Source: Trichosphaerium sp. ATCC 40318 (taxonomy: Eukaryota; Protista; Tubulinea). From it: a DNA stretch of 64,000 bases. The notes under the pieces are model-generated. The model was not told the DNA's origin. It saw nothing but the letters and a program-made list of their open reading frames with translations, and searched no databases. This document shows positions 16,580 to 27,761 of this stretch, piece by piece. The DNA lies in contig JALMLS010000057.1 in NCBI GenBank assembly GCA_038496445.1, positions 62,001 to 126,000 of the forward strand. The letters are read 5' to 3'. A program made the translations under genes and the position numbers. Every line of letters begins with the position of its first letter. Positions within the stretch are counted from its first letter, which is position 1.

Positions 16580-19500
16580 TTATTCGTTCGATTTCTTAAT
16601 AGTTTCAAAGTAGTGATTGAGGTATTTTTTACTTATAGGTGGAGAATATAGACCTACAAAACAGTGAGCGAAGCCAAAAAATATTTGAAGGCACCTGTCA
16701 CATGTGTCATGTTTTGTGTTTTGAACACGTGGTTTTTTGCTGGAAACAAAATTTTTTCGATTGGCGTCTTCCTGAGTGAAACTTCTGTAGCTAAAGGAAG
16801 AAATACCGAAAATGGACCTCCTTAGAGCAGGTTTAGAAATGATTGAAAGAATATCATTTGTTGTTAGGAGTGTACCTGATTGTTGTAAAGATTTAGACCA
16901 CATTTCAAAAGGTATAATTTTGGTTTGTACTCTGCTGTATTGTGAATGAGCTTGACACAATTCCTTTAGGTTAATGTGCCCATCGTTGTTAATATTGAAT
17001 ACAATAACGCCCGTTTTCAACGGTGAACTAGAATGTGCATGGTGTACTTTACGTATAACAGTAGTAGCATGATTAACCTCAGGTAAGTAAGTTCATTCAA
17101 AGAAAATACCAGAATGACGTACAGGGCAAATGTCTGTCTCAAAGTATTCCAAGTCAGGAATACCTTGCATGCTTATTGTTTGTTTCAGTAACCTGGATAG
17201 CCAATCATCGGGCGTATCTGCTATAATAGAGTGACAAGATATCAAGCTAGGACGATAAATGTAACCCTACTTCTTGTTAACAAGCAAACAAAAATCAACT
17301 TTTCTAAATGGTTGTAGAGCGTACTACTAATCCTCTAGTATTACAAGCTTCCTCAATAACTGCTTCAGCAACTAATTTAGAAGCTGCATATCCACCGTAT
17401 ATAACACCATCATGTTGTACTATCGAGGTAGCAGTGATAGTCTCATCAACGACCTAACAATCATGAGATTTTGTTGTTGCTCCTGAAATACCTTAGGTGC
17501 AATACTTGTTGCTGTAACTACTGATAATGTTGATACATAATGCAAGTATTTTCGTTTTGTTGTCAAACACAATTTAAGTATAGTCTCAGTCCCATCAACG
17601 TTTGTAGATTTTATCGAAGAGAATGGCTTTAAAACATTCACTTCTGCTGCTACATGAAAAACTACATCAACCTCACTACATAATTTATCCCAACCTAATG
17701 CACAATATATAAGCCAACATTAATCTTAACATGTTTAGGACTAAGCTATTTTTTTCTATCTCGACGTTTGATCTATCAATCTCAAAAACAAAGTTTCTTT
17801 ACCTTCAGTACATAGGCCAAGGTTGTTTTTACTTAGATCAGTCTTAGTAAGAACTGTGACACGCTCTTCAAATGCTTCTTTCGTAATATAACCATAATGT
17901 TTATTCAATTCCAACCACACTCGGTCTTCTATCTCGCCTCTAACCTATTCAATCAAATCAAAAAAAAAAAAAACAATGAAGCGACGTACTGTGCAAAAAA
18001 ACTTGAGCTTAGTGTTAATCAATAAATCTGCTAGTAGGTGCTTTCCAAGAAACCCTGTAGCTCCTGTAATCAATGCTACTTTAGGTGCATCAGTTTTTTC
18101 TACAATTGGAATATCAGACAGTTGTTCAAGTCTTGCGGTTATTTCAGACTTTACGTCATCAAGATACGAAAGTCTTATCTCAAAATTATCTTCCTATCTC
18201 GGATTTAGAGGCTCCAAAACTTTGAACAACTTCGTTGTGTACCTTTCCTTCACTATCTTGTGTAAGTTTATGTAATGACTGTATCGTTGGATCATTTAGA
18301 AATGAGTGAATACCAATATTGATGCCTTTCTCCGAAAGTGTATTCAGGAGCATTACAATTCCCAATGAATCTAGGCCTTGTTCAATCAGGTCAATATCCT
18401 CATCGATATCGCTACGTTGAAGGAGCTTTGTGCAAGTATCTTTTATCAAACCAAGTACACTTCGTTCTGTATCTGAATTCTTAGTCTTTTGCTCTGTTTG
18501 TCTGCTCTTAAACAGTCTCAAAAGCTCTTTCCTGTCAATTTTTTCGTTTGTGTTCAAGGGAAAAGTATCTATGTCTATCAAGATTGCAGGCACCATGTAG
18601 TTGGGTAGTTTTGTTGCAAGAAATTGTCGCAACACCTTAGGTTCAAAATCACGTGATTTAACTTTAACAAATCCAACAAGTTGGTGTGTTTCAGTTTGAT
18701 CTCGCTTGACAGCAATAACGCAACTCTAAACACAGTCAAACTTGACGTTAATATACTGGTTCGTACCTGTAGTACATCATCATGTGCCAACAAAACAGTA
18801 TCTATTTCACTAAGTTCTACTCTGTATCCTCTAATCTTTACTTGACTGTCTTTTCGTCCAAGAAATTCAATACCATTCCTGTAAACAAATGCTGTGTTCA
18901 GAATTTGATATGTATTTAACAACTTATTGTACGTACTTCGTTAATCTACCTAGATCCCCTGTGCAATACATTCTTGTACCATCGAATAAGCAAGGGATAA
19001 ATTTATGTTTGGTGAGCGCAGGTCGATTATGATAACCACGTGCAACGCCTACTCCAGAAATACATATTTCACCTTGTAAATAGATAAGCAAATACAAGTT
19101 ACTATGAATATCGTTACCTTGCTGACCTACATCTACTTTTTTGTAGTTATCATCAAGTATGTACATGTTTGTATTAGGTATAGGCGGTCCCAGGAGACGA
19201 TTAGATTGTATTTCTATGAAAAACTGTTAACTTAAAAAATAACAATTAACTTGCCTTGATGTTTATTGTACACCTTTAAAGTTGCTGCAACAGTTGTTTC
19301 GGTAGGTCCATAAACATTAACTAAGTGGACACGTTGACGCCACCTATTAAGGATATTTATAGGACACAGCTCACCGCCTATTATTACTGTTGTTAAACAA
19401 GTTGGTAAACTCGACAACGGGAGGTTAGGTAGAAAAGCTGGTGCAATAAATAAAGTTGATATTCTCATCTCTAGTACTACTTCTAGAAGTCTAGGTCCTG

Positions 19501-20644
19501 GAACCTACCTAACATTACACCTGCAGAGTAATACACCTCCGTACCTTTAAGATATCGCTATTTCTAGGCAAGAAACATAGTGTTGCTCCTGACAATAACC
19601 TAAACAAAGCTCTGAGAATAACAGAACCTTATTAAAGAATGATGTACGTTGTTCCAAATTCGGAAAACGAAGCGTCAAAGCATAAAGGAAGCAATGATAA
19701 TGATCTATGCTCTGATGACATTTTAAAAGCATTGATCTGAGCTTCAATAAAATTAAAGAGGCCTAAAAAAGAACATGTTAATATTGGTTTACAAAACTGT
19801 TGGGTGTTACCTCTATGTTCTACTTCTACACCTTTAGGTTTTCCAGTGGATCCGCTTGTGTAGATAATATAACTGGCTAGCATAAGTAGGTGTTCATAAC
19901 AATGGAGCTTACGCTAAATCAGACGGAACAACACAATGGCAATTCTCTAGACTCCATTTTTCTAATTCATTCTCGCACGTGCCCAAATCTATGCATTTAT
20001 CTGCAAGTAATGTAGGAATCTTTAAATGTTCAACTAGTGGCGATACACCTGAGCTTCTTGTTAACACAATTACAAGAGAGTTACTAGTGTTCCATACCAG
20101 GAAGCAGGGATTCTGTAGTTATGAGCATATCCGGGTTGGCATCTATGTGCCAATGAGTTTAAAATTCCAAACTACTTTAAGGCACCTTCAATAATGTTTC
20201 GTGTTCTATCTGGTGGCGCAGTTGTTGAAATAGGTATGTAAACGCATCCTACACGTGTGAGATTACTTAAAGCCCATCAAAAAGCGTACCAGCGTAAAAT
20301 ATGCCAAATAAACTACACAAGTGCCAAAATCCTCTTTCAAAGCAAGCCATAACGTGGAAAGAACGATCAATACCTCCCCGTGCGGTCTTAATTTGACGCC
20401 TATCATTGTTACATTTCATTTAACCTACAAACGCTACCAACCCTATTTGTACGCTACCACTAAGAAGTTCAGCGTAAGTATACGCACGATCAGGCATTTC
20501 GACAGCCACTTTCTTTGGCATGCTATGAGCGACGCTCACAAGCACGGAAAACATATCCCTGAACTGAGGGTTGTCCATATCTTTGTTAACGGAAGGTTAA
20601 ATTCACATTAAACGTCAAAAAATACAAAAAATGCCCGCTGTCAT
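16580..20644 (-). CDS. Single-module NRPS-like enzyme: adenylation - carrier (T) - thioester reductase (R)
   Basis: A motifs YTYAEL, YIIYTSGSTGKPKGV, FDAS, NVYGPTETT, GEICISGVGVARGY, YCTGDLG, GRKDSQVKIRGYRVELSEI, LPNYMVP, NEKIDRK; T motif GLDSL; R motifs ITGATGFLG, GYAASK, YRPS. Start is 20644 (via a GC-AG intron) or 20578. Confidence 0.92.
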
Positions 20645-20696
20645 TAAGTTGCCTTTCTTTAAGTTTTCAGCCAACGTGAACCCACCTATTTTTTTC

Positions 20697-20778
20697 GACT
20701 ACTTTATTTTCCGCACATTTGGTTCTACTGTGAAAAGCACAGCGATTAGATTTCCCAAACTTACATCATCTAGTAGCC
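20697..20778 (-). promoter_or_regulatory. SECIS element (eukaryotic type II) in the 3' UTR of the PhnD-like gene
   Basis: Helix I GGCUACU/AGUAGUC (7 bp); core A-UGAU/GGAA with tandem G.A/A.G; helix II GUAAGUUUGG/CCAAAUGUGC (9 of 10 pairs); unpaired AAA 12 nt after AUGA; helix III UCUA/UAGA plus CUGUG/CACAG closing a CUUUU loop. Confidence 0.85.
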
Positions 20779-20818
20779 ATGCATTACATTGATTGTTCCT
20801 TTGTTTATGAAAATATCA

Positions 20819-21784
20819 TCAAATGTCACCAAACGATGATAATGTCACTGTGCGTGAAGTTTGCACCACTGTTTCTATTATTGAGTAGTCTGCTTCTGAG
20901 ATTGCCACAAATCGCTCAAATCCCAAAGTCTTGAGAGCACGCTGACCTTGAGTCGTAGTGTGTAGATTGACCATTGCCTCACGGATAGCGTTTTGGTTCT
21001 TTTCTGCTACTCGCCGAGCAATGACGAATGGTTGTATTGGGAGAGGTGTTGTAGTATCTATGATGCGTACTTTAGCTTCGAAACGATGTTGTAGTCTTTT
21101 GTAGACTTGTTCGTCTACGAAAGCACATGCTGCTCCACCAGCTGATACTAAGTTTAGAGAAGCTTCATGCGATCCCTGTAAAGCGTCAGAGGGCGCTTAA
21201 ACATTAAGTGAAAGAACACGTACAGTTTCAATAGCGTAGCTGAAAAACTTATTTTTGTTACGCTGGTTTAGGTACCATTTAGCCGATAAGCATCCCGATA
21301 GCGAATTCGCATCGTTGAAAGCGACAATTTTGCCGTTTAAATCTTCAATGGAATTGTAGGCGCTATCTTCGCGCACAACCAAGTACGAGGTATAAACTGG
21401 GTGACTCTTGCCCTATATAAGGTTAAAAACAAGCGGACAAATATTCTCCGATGCTAAGTACACACCTCTAACACAGGAGCCACTAGGTAGTCGAGAATAT
21501 GCGACTCCTTAGTGGCCAAGTACGTTGGGGATCATATCCAACCAAGCTCAGCTGTATTAAACCATTTGTGTACATTAGAAGGTGTAGGGCCAGAGCAATG
21601 TGGAGAACCAGCGATGACTTCTATTTGTCCTTCCTCAAGCTTATTACTCAACGCGCCGTGCTACATGCGTTAGAGAAGGTAGCAGGTCAATAAGGGAGCG
21701 TACTAAGCCGTCTGCTAGTTCTTTCATTATGCCTGGTGGCTGTATGAAACTCACAATGGTGAGCGATGGCTCATGTATAGACAT
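20819..21784 (-). CDS. PhnD/phosphonate-binding-fold protein, probable selenoprotein (Sec70), ~273 aa, no signal peptide
   Basis: Exons 21704-21784, 21466-21660, 21224-21412 and 20819-21175 with GT-AG introns. PhnD-type motifs YTSYLVVREDS, IEDLNGKIVAFNDANSLSG, TGSHEASL, FVD, PLPIQPFV, GFERFV. In-frame TGA at 21532-21534 in ELGWI*SPTY, with a SECIS downstream. Confidence 0.85.
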
Positions 21785-21933
21785 GTGCTTCGTGATAGAA
21801 ATTGTGTGTTGGATTTCAGCGTATTTGCCTACCAAATAAACGCGTCATGACGTTTGCTGAAATGCGCGTCACGTGATGCTAAAAACCATCTAAGGCACCA
21901 GATTGTTGCACAGCTTAATTTTAAAACGCAGAA

Positions 21934-23120
21934 ATGTCTTGCTGTACGTGGCTGTTCGCTGTTGTGGCGATTTTGGTGGGTATATTGTTTGTAACAACTC
22001 CAGACTTACTACACCCTCAACGAATTGTAACAGTAGCGTTTGGGCGCTCACAGTTCATTGGTAGTATTAAGAAGGTAGTTGTAGAGTGGTTATACGACTA
22101 CATGGCATCTTCGTTTCCTCAAGACTTTTGGACATGCATGAACTACGGATACGCCGAACTAGATGATGTTGCGATCGATGAGAATAGCGATAGGCCTAAA
22201 GAGCATTTTAACTTCAAAATGTATCATCACACAGCCAGTTTAAGCCCCCATGGAGAGTCTTTTGAAGATTTAGACGTTTTAGAGATCAGTTGTGGTAGAG
22301 GCGGCGGAGCAAAATATCTAACCTCGTGCGCTCTCTAAAACGCGTGACATGTGCAACTGACGCTATATTATAGCGTATTCAAGCCAAAAAAATACTTGGC
22401 AACAGATTTATCAAACAGCGCTGTCGCATTGTGCAACAAACTACACAAAGACGTGATAGAAGACGGAGTATTAAGTTTTGATCAAGGGGACGCTGAAAAT
22501 TTAACAAAAATAGCTGATTCGTCTTTTGACGTCATTATTAATGTCGAAGCGGTGCACGCTTTTGGTAACATTGACAAATTTGTCGGTGAAGTAGAAAGAG
22601 TTCTAAAACCACAAGGTAGGATAGACAACAACCTTCCAAATCATTCTCAACAATTCTCGCTAACATACGAAAAAAGGTTACTTGTTATTGGCAGGTTTCG
22701 TTGCAACAGAAAATTTGGAATGGCTCAAGTACGCCTTTTCCTTTTTTTTTCTTGTTTCTTTATGACACTCATTATAGAGAGCGACTACAAAATGGCGGTC
22801 TAACGATAAAGAAGACTACAGACATTCGTCCTAATGTATTAAAGGCATTAGAAATTGATGAGCCAAGGCGAGCATGGCTAATAGACCAAATAAAAAATCC
22901 TTTGTTTAAATTATTTGCTACTGGATTTGCTGCAATGTACGCCTTTTCTACTCAATAGGATTACAGAAACCTTAACTTTATTGTGTAGGAAAGGAACTTC
23001 TATGCGTGCTGGATTTGAGAAAGGTGACACTGAGGTACTATTCAAGTAACCAAAACACAAAGTAACACGCCCATTTAGTATGTCTCATTTGCTCTGCAAA
23101 ACGGCCCAAAAACTCAATAG
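21934..23120 (+). CDS. Class I SAM-dependent methyltransferase with N-terminal signal/anchor (resembles the mycobacterial phthiotriol/fatty-acid O-methyltransferase type)
   Basis: MNYGY, VLEISCGRGGG (motif I), TDLS, QGDAENL, FDVIINVEAVH, VERVLKPQG. Confidence 0.85.
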
Positions 23121-23349
23121 TGAGAGCACAGTGCTTGTAATCTACATTGTAAACTTGTTAATGAATAAGATTAGTTGTAATGTAGGCCTTCAATGTTAAA
23201 GCACATGTGCAAAAAACATGCAATAATTTTGTGATAGAAGAAAGCCAAAAACAGAACAAGGCATCAAGACATTAAGTAGTAGAAAAAATTAAACGTGTTG
23301 GTGATGAAATAATAACAAAACAGTTTATTAGCATCGTTTGTTACTGGAG

Positions 23350-24819
23350 TTAGACATCTAAGTATAAATCAAATTCCTTCAGTTCGTCAACAGTCTTCAA
23401 GTTTCTAACAGAAGGTCCAGACTCTGATTCATAAAACTCCAATGGTTGCCATAGTTGTGGATCATGAGCATGCAATTTATCTAATGGCTGTGAAAAAAAA
23501 ACCCAACATAAAATACAAACCTGGAGCTTGTTGCCACCTATCGCCCGCCCACAAGTACACCGTTCCTATCGAATGATGTTAAGAAGTTATTGATGTAGTA
23601 TTCATACCATTGGCAGTATCAATGGGCGACATGAAAGCCTGCTGCGTCTGAGTACGTGATGCTCCATTAGGCAAGCTGCCAATGTTTGTCATATACTTGT
23701 ACGGACCCAAAGGGCTTTTAGCGGTCCACAAATGGGCGTCTGCTCCCTCGAGGCATATACAACATCCATGTCCGTGCGTTACATAGTAAACACCGCTTCT
23801 TTTGAACATGAGCGGCGCTTCCTTTGCCATCATGAGTTAGGAGGTACAAAAAAAACAGGTTTTTGGTGTCTTACTTGAAACTTTGCTTCGCCTGGTTGTA
23901 TTGGGAAGAAATCTGTGCCCTTTTGTGTGGAGGCATAGTAGTCATCAGTTAATTTATCAACGGCAATTTGTCCATGTGTGTTGTAAACAATGTAGGCAGA
24001 TCCATCTTCGTCCTTGAAGCCATAAAAATCGCCATGCCCAGTCTAAATGTACTCAGTTTTTTTAGCAATGGTTTTACTTACCACACCGTGTGTCATGTTG
24101 GTAGACGAGTGAACTAGGTGAAAAGGCCCAGTAGGCGTCTTAGAGGCTGCAACAATGTACGTTCCCGATATACCATCTAATGCATGACCCAGCAGACTCC
24201 ACACAACATACTCAGCAGTTTTTTCATTGTAGAACACGTAAGTTCGAAAATAAACACCACCAGGTCTGTTCGTAGTATCCAATGCGTGTCCTTCAAATCT
24301 CCACGAGTTCTGGCTGAGAAAAAAATGTCAGAAGAAACATGGCCAACTAAACTTATCAAAAAAATTACCTCATATCTGGTGAAGAGTAAATTGAAACATT
24401 GTGGTCTTCTCTAGAGCCGCAAGTACCAGGCCGGCAGGATATCTCGCTAACATTGCACTTATCGTAGCTCATTGCGTAAAAATAAAACCTGCCTCGCGGT
24501 TTCCAGCGGTGAATAACACCTATTTGAGAAACGTGATTAGCACGTGATACCAAACGGCAAAAAACTTTTGAACAACCTTCATGGGCATTGATTATGTTGC
24601 CGTTAACGTCTTTTTTCGGTTCCACGTTTGATATCGTTACCTAATAGCGAAATGAGTTTGCTATTCGTTCAGGAAGTTGTTTTTTTTAAAAAGAAAACCT
24701 TCAATGTTGTGTAGAAGCGACATTTTCGTGCACTTGAATTAACGTACTTTTTTAACGACACAAGATGTTAGCACTACCAGGAGAAGGGCCATAAAGCCTA
24801 TGCGCTTCGTTTTGATCAT
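23350..24819 (-). CDS. Secreted glycoside hydrolase family 43 (GH43_24-like, exo-beta-1,3-galactanase-like)
   Basis: Signal peptide; DVNGNIINAHEG, YSSPD, SKTPTGPF, GDFYGFKDEDGSAYIVY, EAPLMFKRSGVYY, AKSPLGPY, YLWAGDRWQ. Confidence 0.8.
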
Positions 24820-25055
24820 TACAATAATAACGGTTGTGGTGCTCTAACAATTCTTTAAACTTTTCTATTGACTTATTTTTACTTTTTCTGCCCAATATTG
24901 AGCTTATCTCCCGCTAGTACGCTACATCCAAGTACGTTCTAAATGACTACTGGCGCTTTACACTATCCTGTAGTTTGTCACTGCCCAAATTAAAGGCGAC
25001 TTTTGTTGTACAATCATTTTTCTTTACTTTACATTTAACATTATTTTAGGTTAAT

Positions 25056-26159
25056 TTACATTCTGTTTTTGTTGTTTCTTTTGCTTTTTTGCAATTTCTG
25101 TCTACGGCGTTTAAGGAATTTGGCGTGACTGGTGTGTAGAGTCCAGCTCATACGGGCACTGTCTTTGAATTCTGCCGTATCGAGAGCTTGTGACATGAAT
25201 GGATGCTTCAGCAACTCTGACGCAGTCGATGGAATATCAAGGTCTAGGCATCGCTTGACAAAGTCTTTGAATACCAAATCACAATCATTGTCATATTTCG
25301 CACAGAATCTATGGAGGGCTGTGTTGGTGTTTCTTTCGCTGCCATTAAAATAGTCTGGATCATTCATCATTGAAGGCGAAGGAAAGATTTGACGAGCAGG
25401 CATAACGAGTTGTATAGCCAGCATCCCAATTGCGTAAATATCGCTTTCTTCGTTGTATCCATCGTTCTTTACATTAGGTGATACAAAGCCGGTTGTGCCA
25501 ACAAAGTCTTTTGAATCTTCCAAGTCGGTTTTATATCCGGCGAGTCCAAAGTCAGCCAGTTTAGGGACAAAGTCTGGTGTAACCACAATGTTTTCTGCTT
25601 TGATATCGCGGTGAATGATACCAGAATCGTGCAGTTTGGAGACAGCGGTGAGGGTTGCCTTGATAACAGTTGCTATCTGAGGGCGGGTCACACACTTCAA
25701 TTCTGCAGCATCGCATATTGCCCTTGGCATGACCAAGGCTACATCTTTCCCGTCATCGACATACGCCACCGGTTCGAGAATATTATCGCATTGTACGGCT
25801 CGAGATAGCTCGTATTCGGTTTTCTAAACGATTGTAAGACAACAAACTCAAGAACAAAAAAATCGAGATAAAAAAAAAACCCAAAAAACTCATGACAAAA
25901 AATACAATGTAAAAAAGGAACGTACCAGGGTTTCTGCCAGGTAATCGATCTCCTCTTGGCTCTTGTTCGTTTTGTCCAGCACTTTAACTGCGAGTTTAGC
26001 GCCAGTTATCTTGTCTTGTGCCTTGAACACAGCGCCAAAGCCGCCTTTGCCAAGAGGTTTTGTCGAAGTGAGTTTGAAGCTCGTTTTCGGTGTCCTGCCA
26101 GTTAATCGGTAGAAAGCTGAAGTTGCACAGTTCGAGATAGCGTTTACAATTTTAGACAT
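25056..26159 (-). CDS. Ser/Thr protein kinase (STE-like), single intron
   Basis: LGKGGFGAV, AVK, HRDIKAEN, LADFG, VGTTGFVSP, SDIYAIG. Confidence 0.9.
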
Positions 26160-26809
26160 GTTGCTTCGCTGTTGTGTGGTTGAATAATTGAGAAAAGGCG
26201 GATTAAATAGTATGGAAAACTCGCTTTTTTTCAGCAATGATAACAACCATACACCAGAATTTGAGAAACCGGAATGTATCTGGTTGAGTGCCAAAACAAC
26301 ATTAGAGGCAGTTCCGGAAGTACCGGTTCAAAATGAGAAAATGAAATTGCAAATGTTAACCACAATCGACCAACGTTCGAGAATTCCCAACATAATTCAC
26401 GACGCTATCTAACCTGGATAATGTCATTACGCACTATCATTACCAAAGCATTCTACGGAGAAAACCAGAGCCAGGCAAACATTTTACTGTGTAGCTTTTT
26501 ACATTCCTTTTTTTAGTACATTTTGCAGACAGTAATAGGTACAAAGCATTGTTGTACCTTTCACAAAACACTACGACGCTATTATATAGCGTAGAAGGCA
26601 TGAACTTGTTGTTTCATAACCCTGAAACCGATCTCGGTTAAATCACGTTTCCTCAACCGAAATACGCCTGAATAAGCCGGAAACGCTGTGACGATGAATT
26701 AGGAACTGTATTCAACGTATCTAAGTGTTTGTTGAGTGAGTAACGGTTCGTAAAATAATGCTTTGGACTTTGTTTCTCCCTTTTTCCCCAAAGATGGAAA
26801 TAAACTAAA

Positions 26810-27506
26810 AATGCAAATCAATTCGATTCTAGCCACGCTGTTACGCCAACCACCAAGGATATATGTCTTCGAAAAGGATTTGTTCAGCGCGTTACAATGT
26901 TTCTACGAGTACTCTACATTCTTGGTTATCGGCCCGCAAACTGCGCAGTATATGCGTACGCACCAATAATATCTACAACAAACACAACACGCAACTCTTC
27001 TGCTCAAAATGCCTATCCGATCATCCCTCAACAACAAGACGAAACAACCTACCTCCCAAACCCTCGAGCAATTTGCGCGTAAAGGATTAAAGCATAAAAC
27101 AGTTCTCATGGTTCTAAAATCTACGGTAATACAGATTGGCGCGTTACATCAAGCAGGATATGCTTACACGCACATTGATGGACAAAACATAAAAGTCCAC
27201 CGAAAAGAACACTGCCTAATGCTCACTGGTTCGCTCAACGACGACAAGAACACTGGCTACAGCCCTCTGGGACTTGAAGAGCAACAAAGAAGCGATATTC
27301 ACAAACTCGGATGCTTGGCTACCTGGCTCACCCTTGGAGGCGAATTTGATTGCGTAAAAACACTGGACAGGCACCAACAACTTCTTGCTTTGAAAAAAAC
27401 TCGAGCATCAGCCACACTCCTCAACTTTGTATCTGCATGCTTTGACGAATCCACAACGACGCGAACCCTTTCTAGCGCACTCGAAACTGTACATGTAAAA
27501 AGATAA
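26810..27506 (+). pseudogene. Degenerate kinase-like ORF (pseudokinase C-lobe or pseudogene)
   Basis: ALHQAGYAYTHIDGQNIKV, GYSP, SDIHKLG parallel the neighbouring kinase but lack HRD and DFG. The upstream in-frame ORF is separated by TAA at 26967-26969. Confidence 0.4.
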
Positions 27507-27761
27507 AATAAAAACAAATTAATGTAAACAACTTTGTGGAAGAATAGTTTTTTTGCATCACTTCAATAAGTTCTTTCAATCTTTAGGTTATAATTGAATT
27601 GGTACGGAAAGTGTTGTGGAGCATCTCGGTTTTTAATTGCGTACGTATAACTTGAGGCTGTTGGTGTTGGTTTTCTTTTATCGCAAGGTTGCTAAAATAC
27701 AAGTATTTACAAATATTTACAAAATGTTCTACAAAGGAGGCTGATGTCAGCTGTTCCAAGA

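Noticed and set aside
16580-20644. Annotation as Lys2 aminoadipate reductase
   Set aside because: Same A-T-R layout, but the pocket residues differ from Lys2 and the long N-terminal extension is absent.
20644-20830. PhnD-like gene fused to the NRPS by splicing (the spacer is in the same frame and a phase-1 intron could be drawn)
   Set aside because: Such splicing would remove the SECIS needed to decode the upstream UGA, and the donor (GTGACA) is weak. Not excluded as a minor isoform.
21532-21534. In-frame TGA as evidence of a pseudogene or of a reassigned genetic code
   Set aside because: The rest of the gene is intact with clean introns and a full SECIS, and TGA terminates other genes in the window (44471-44473, 61903-61905, 36513-36515).
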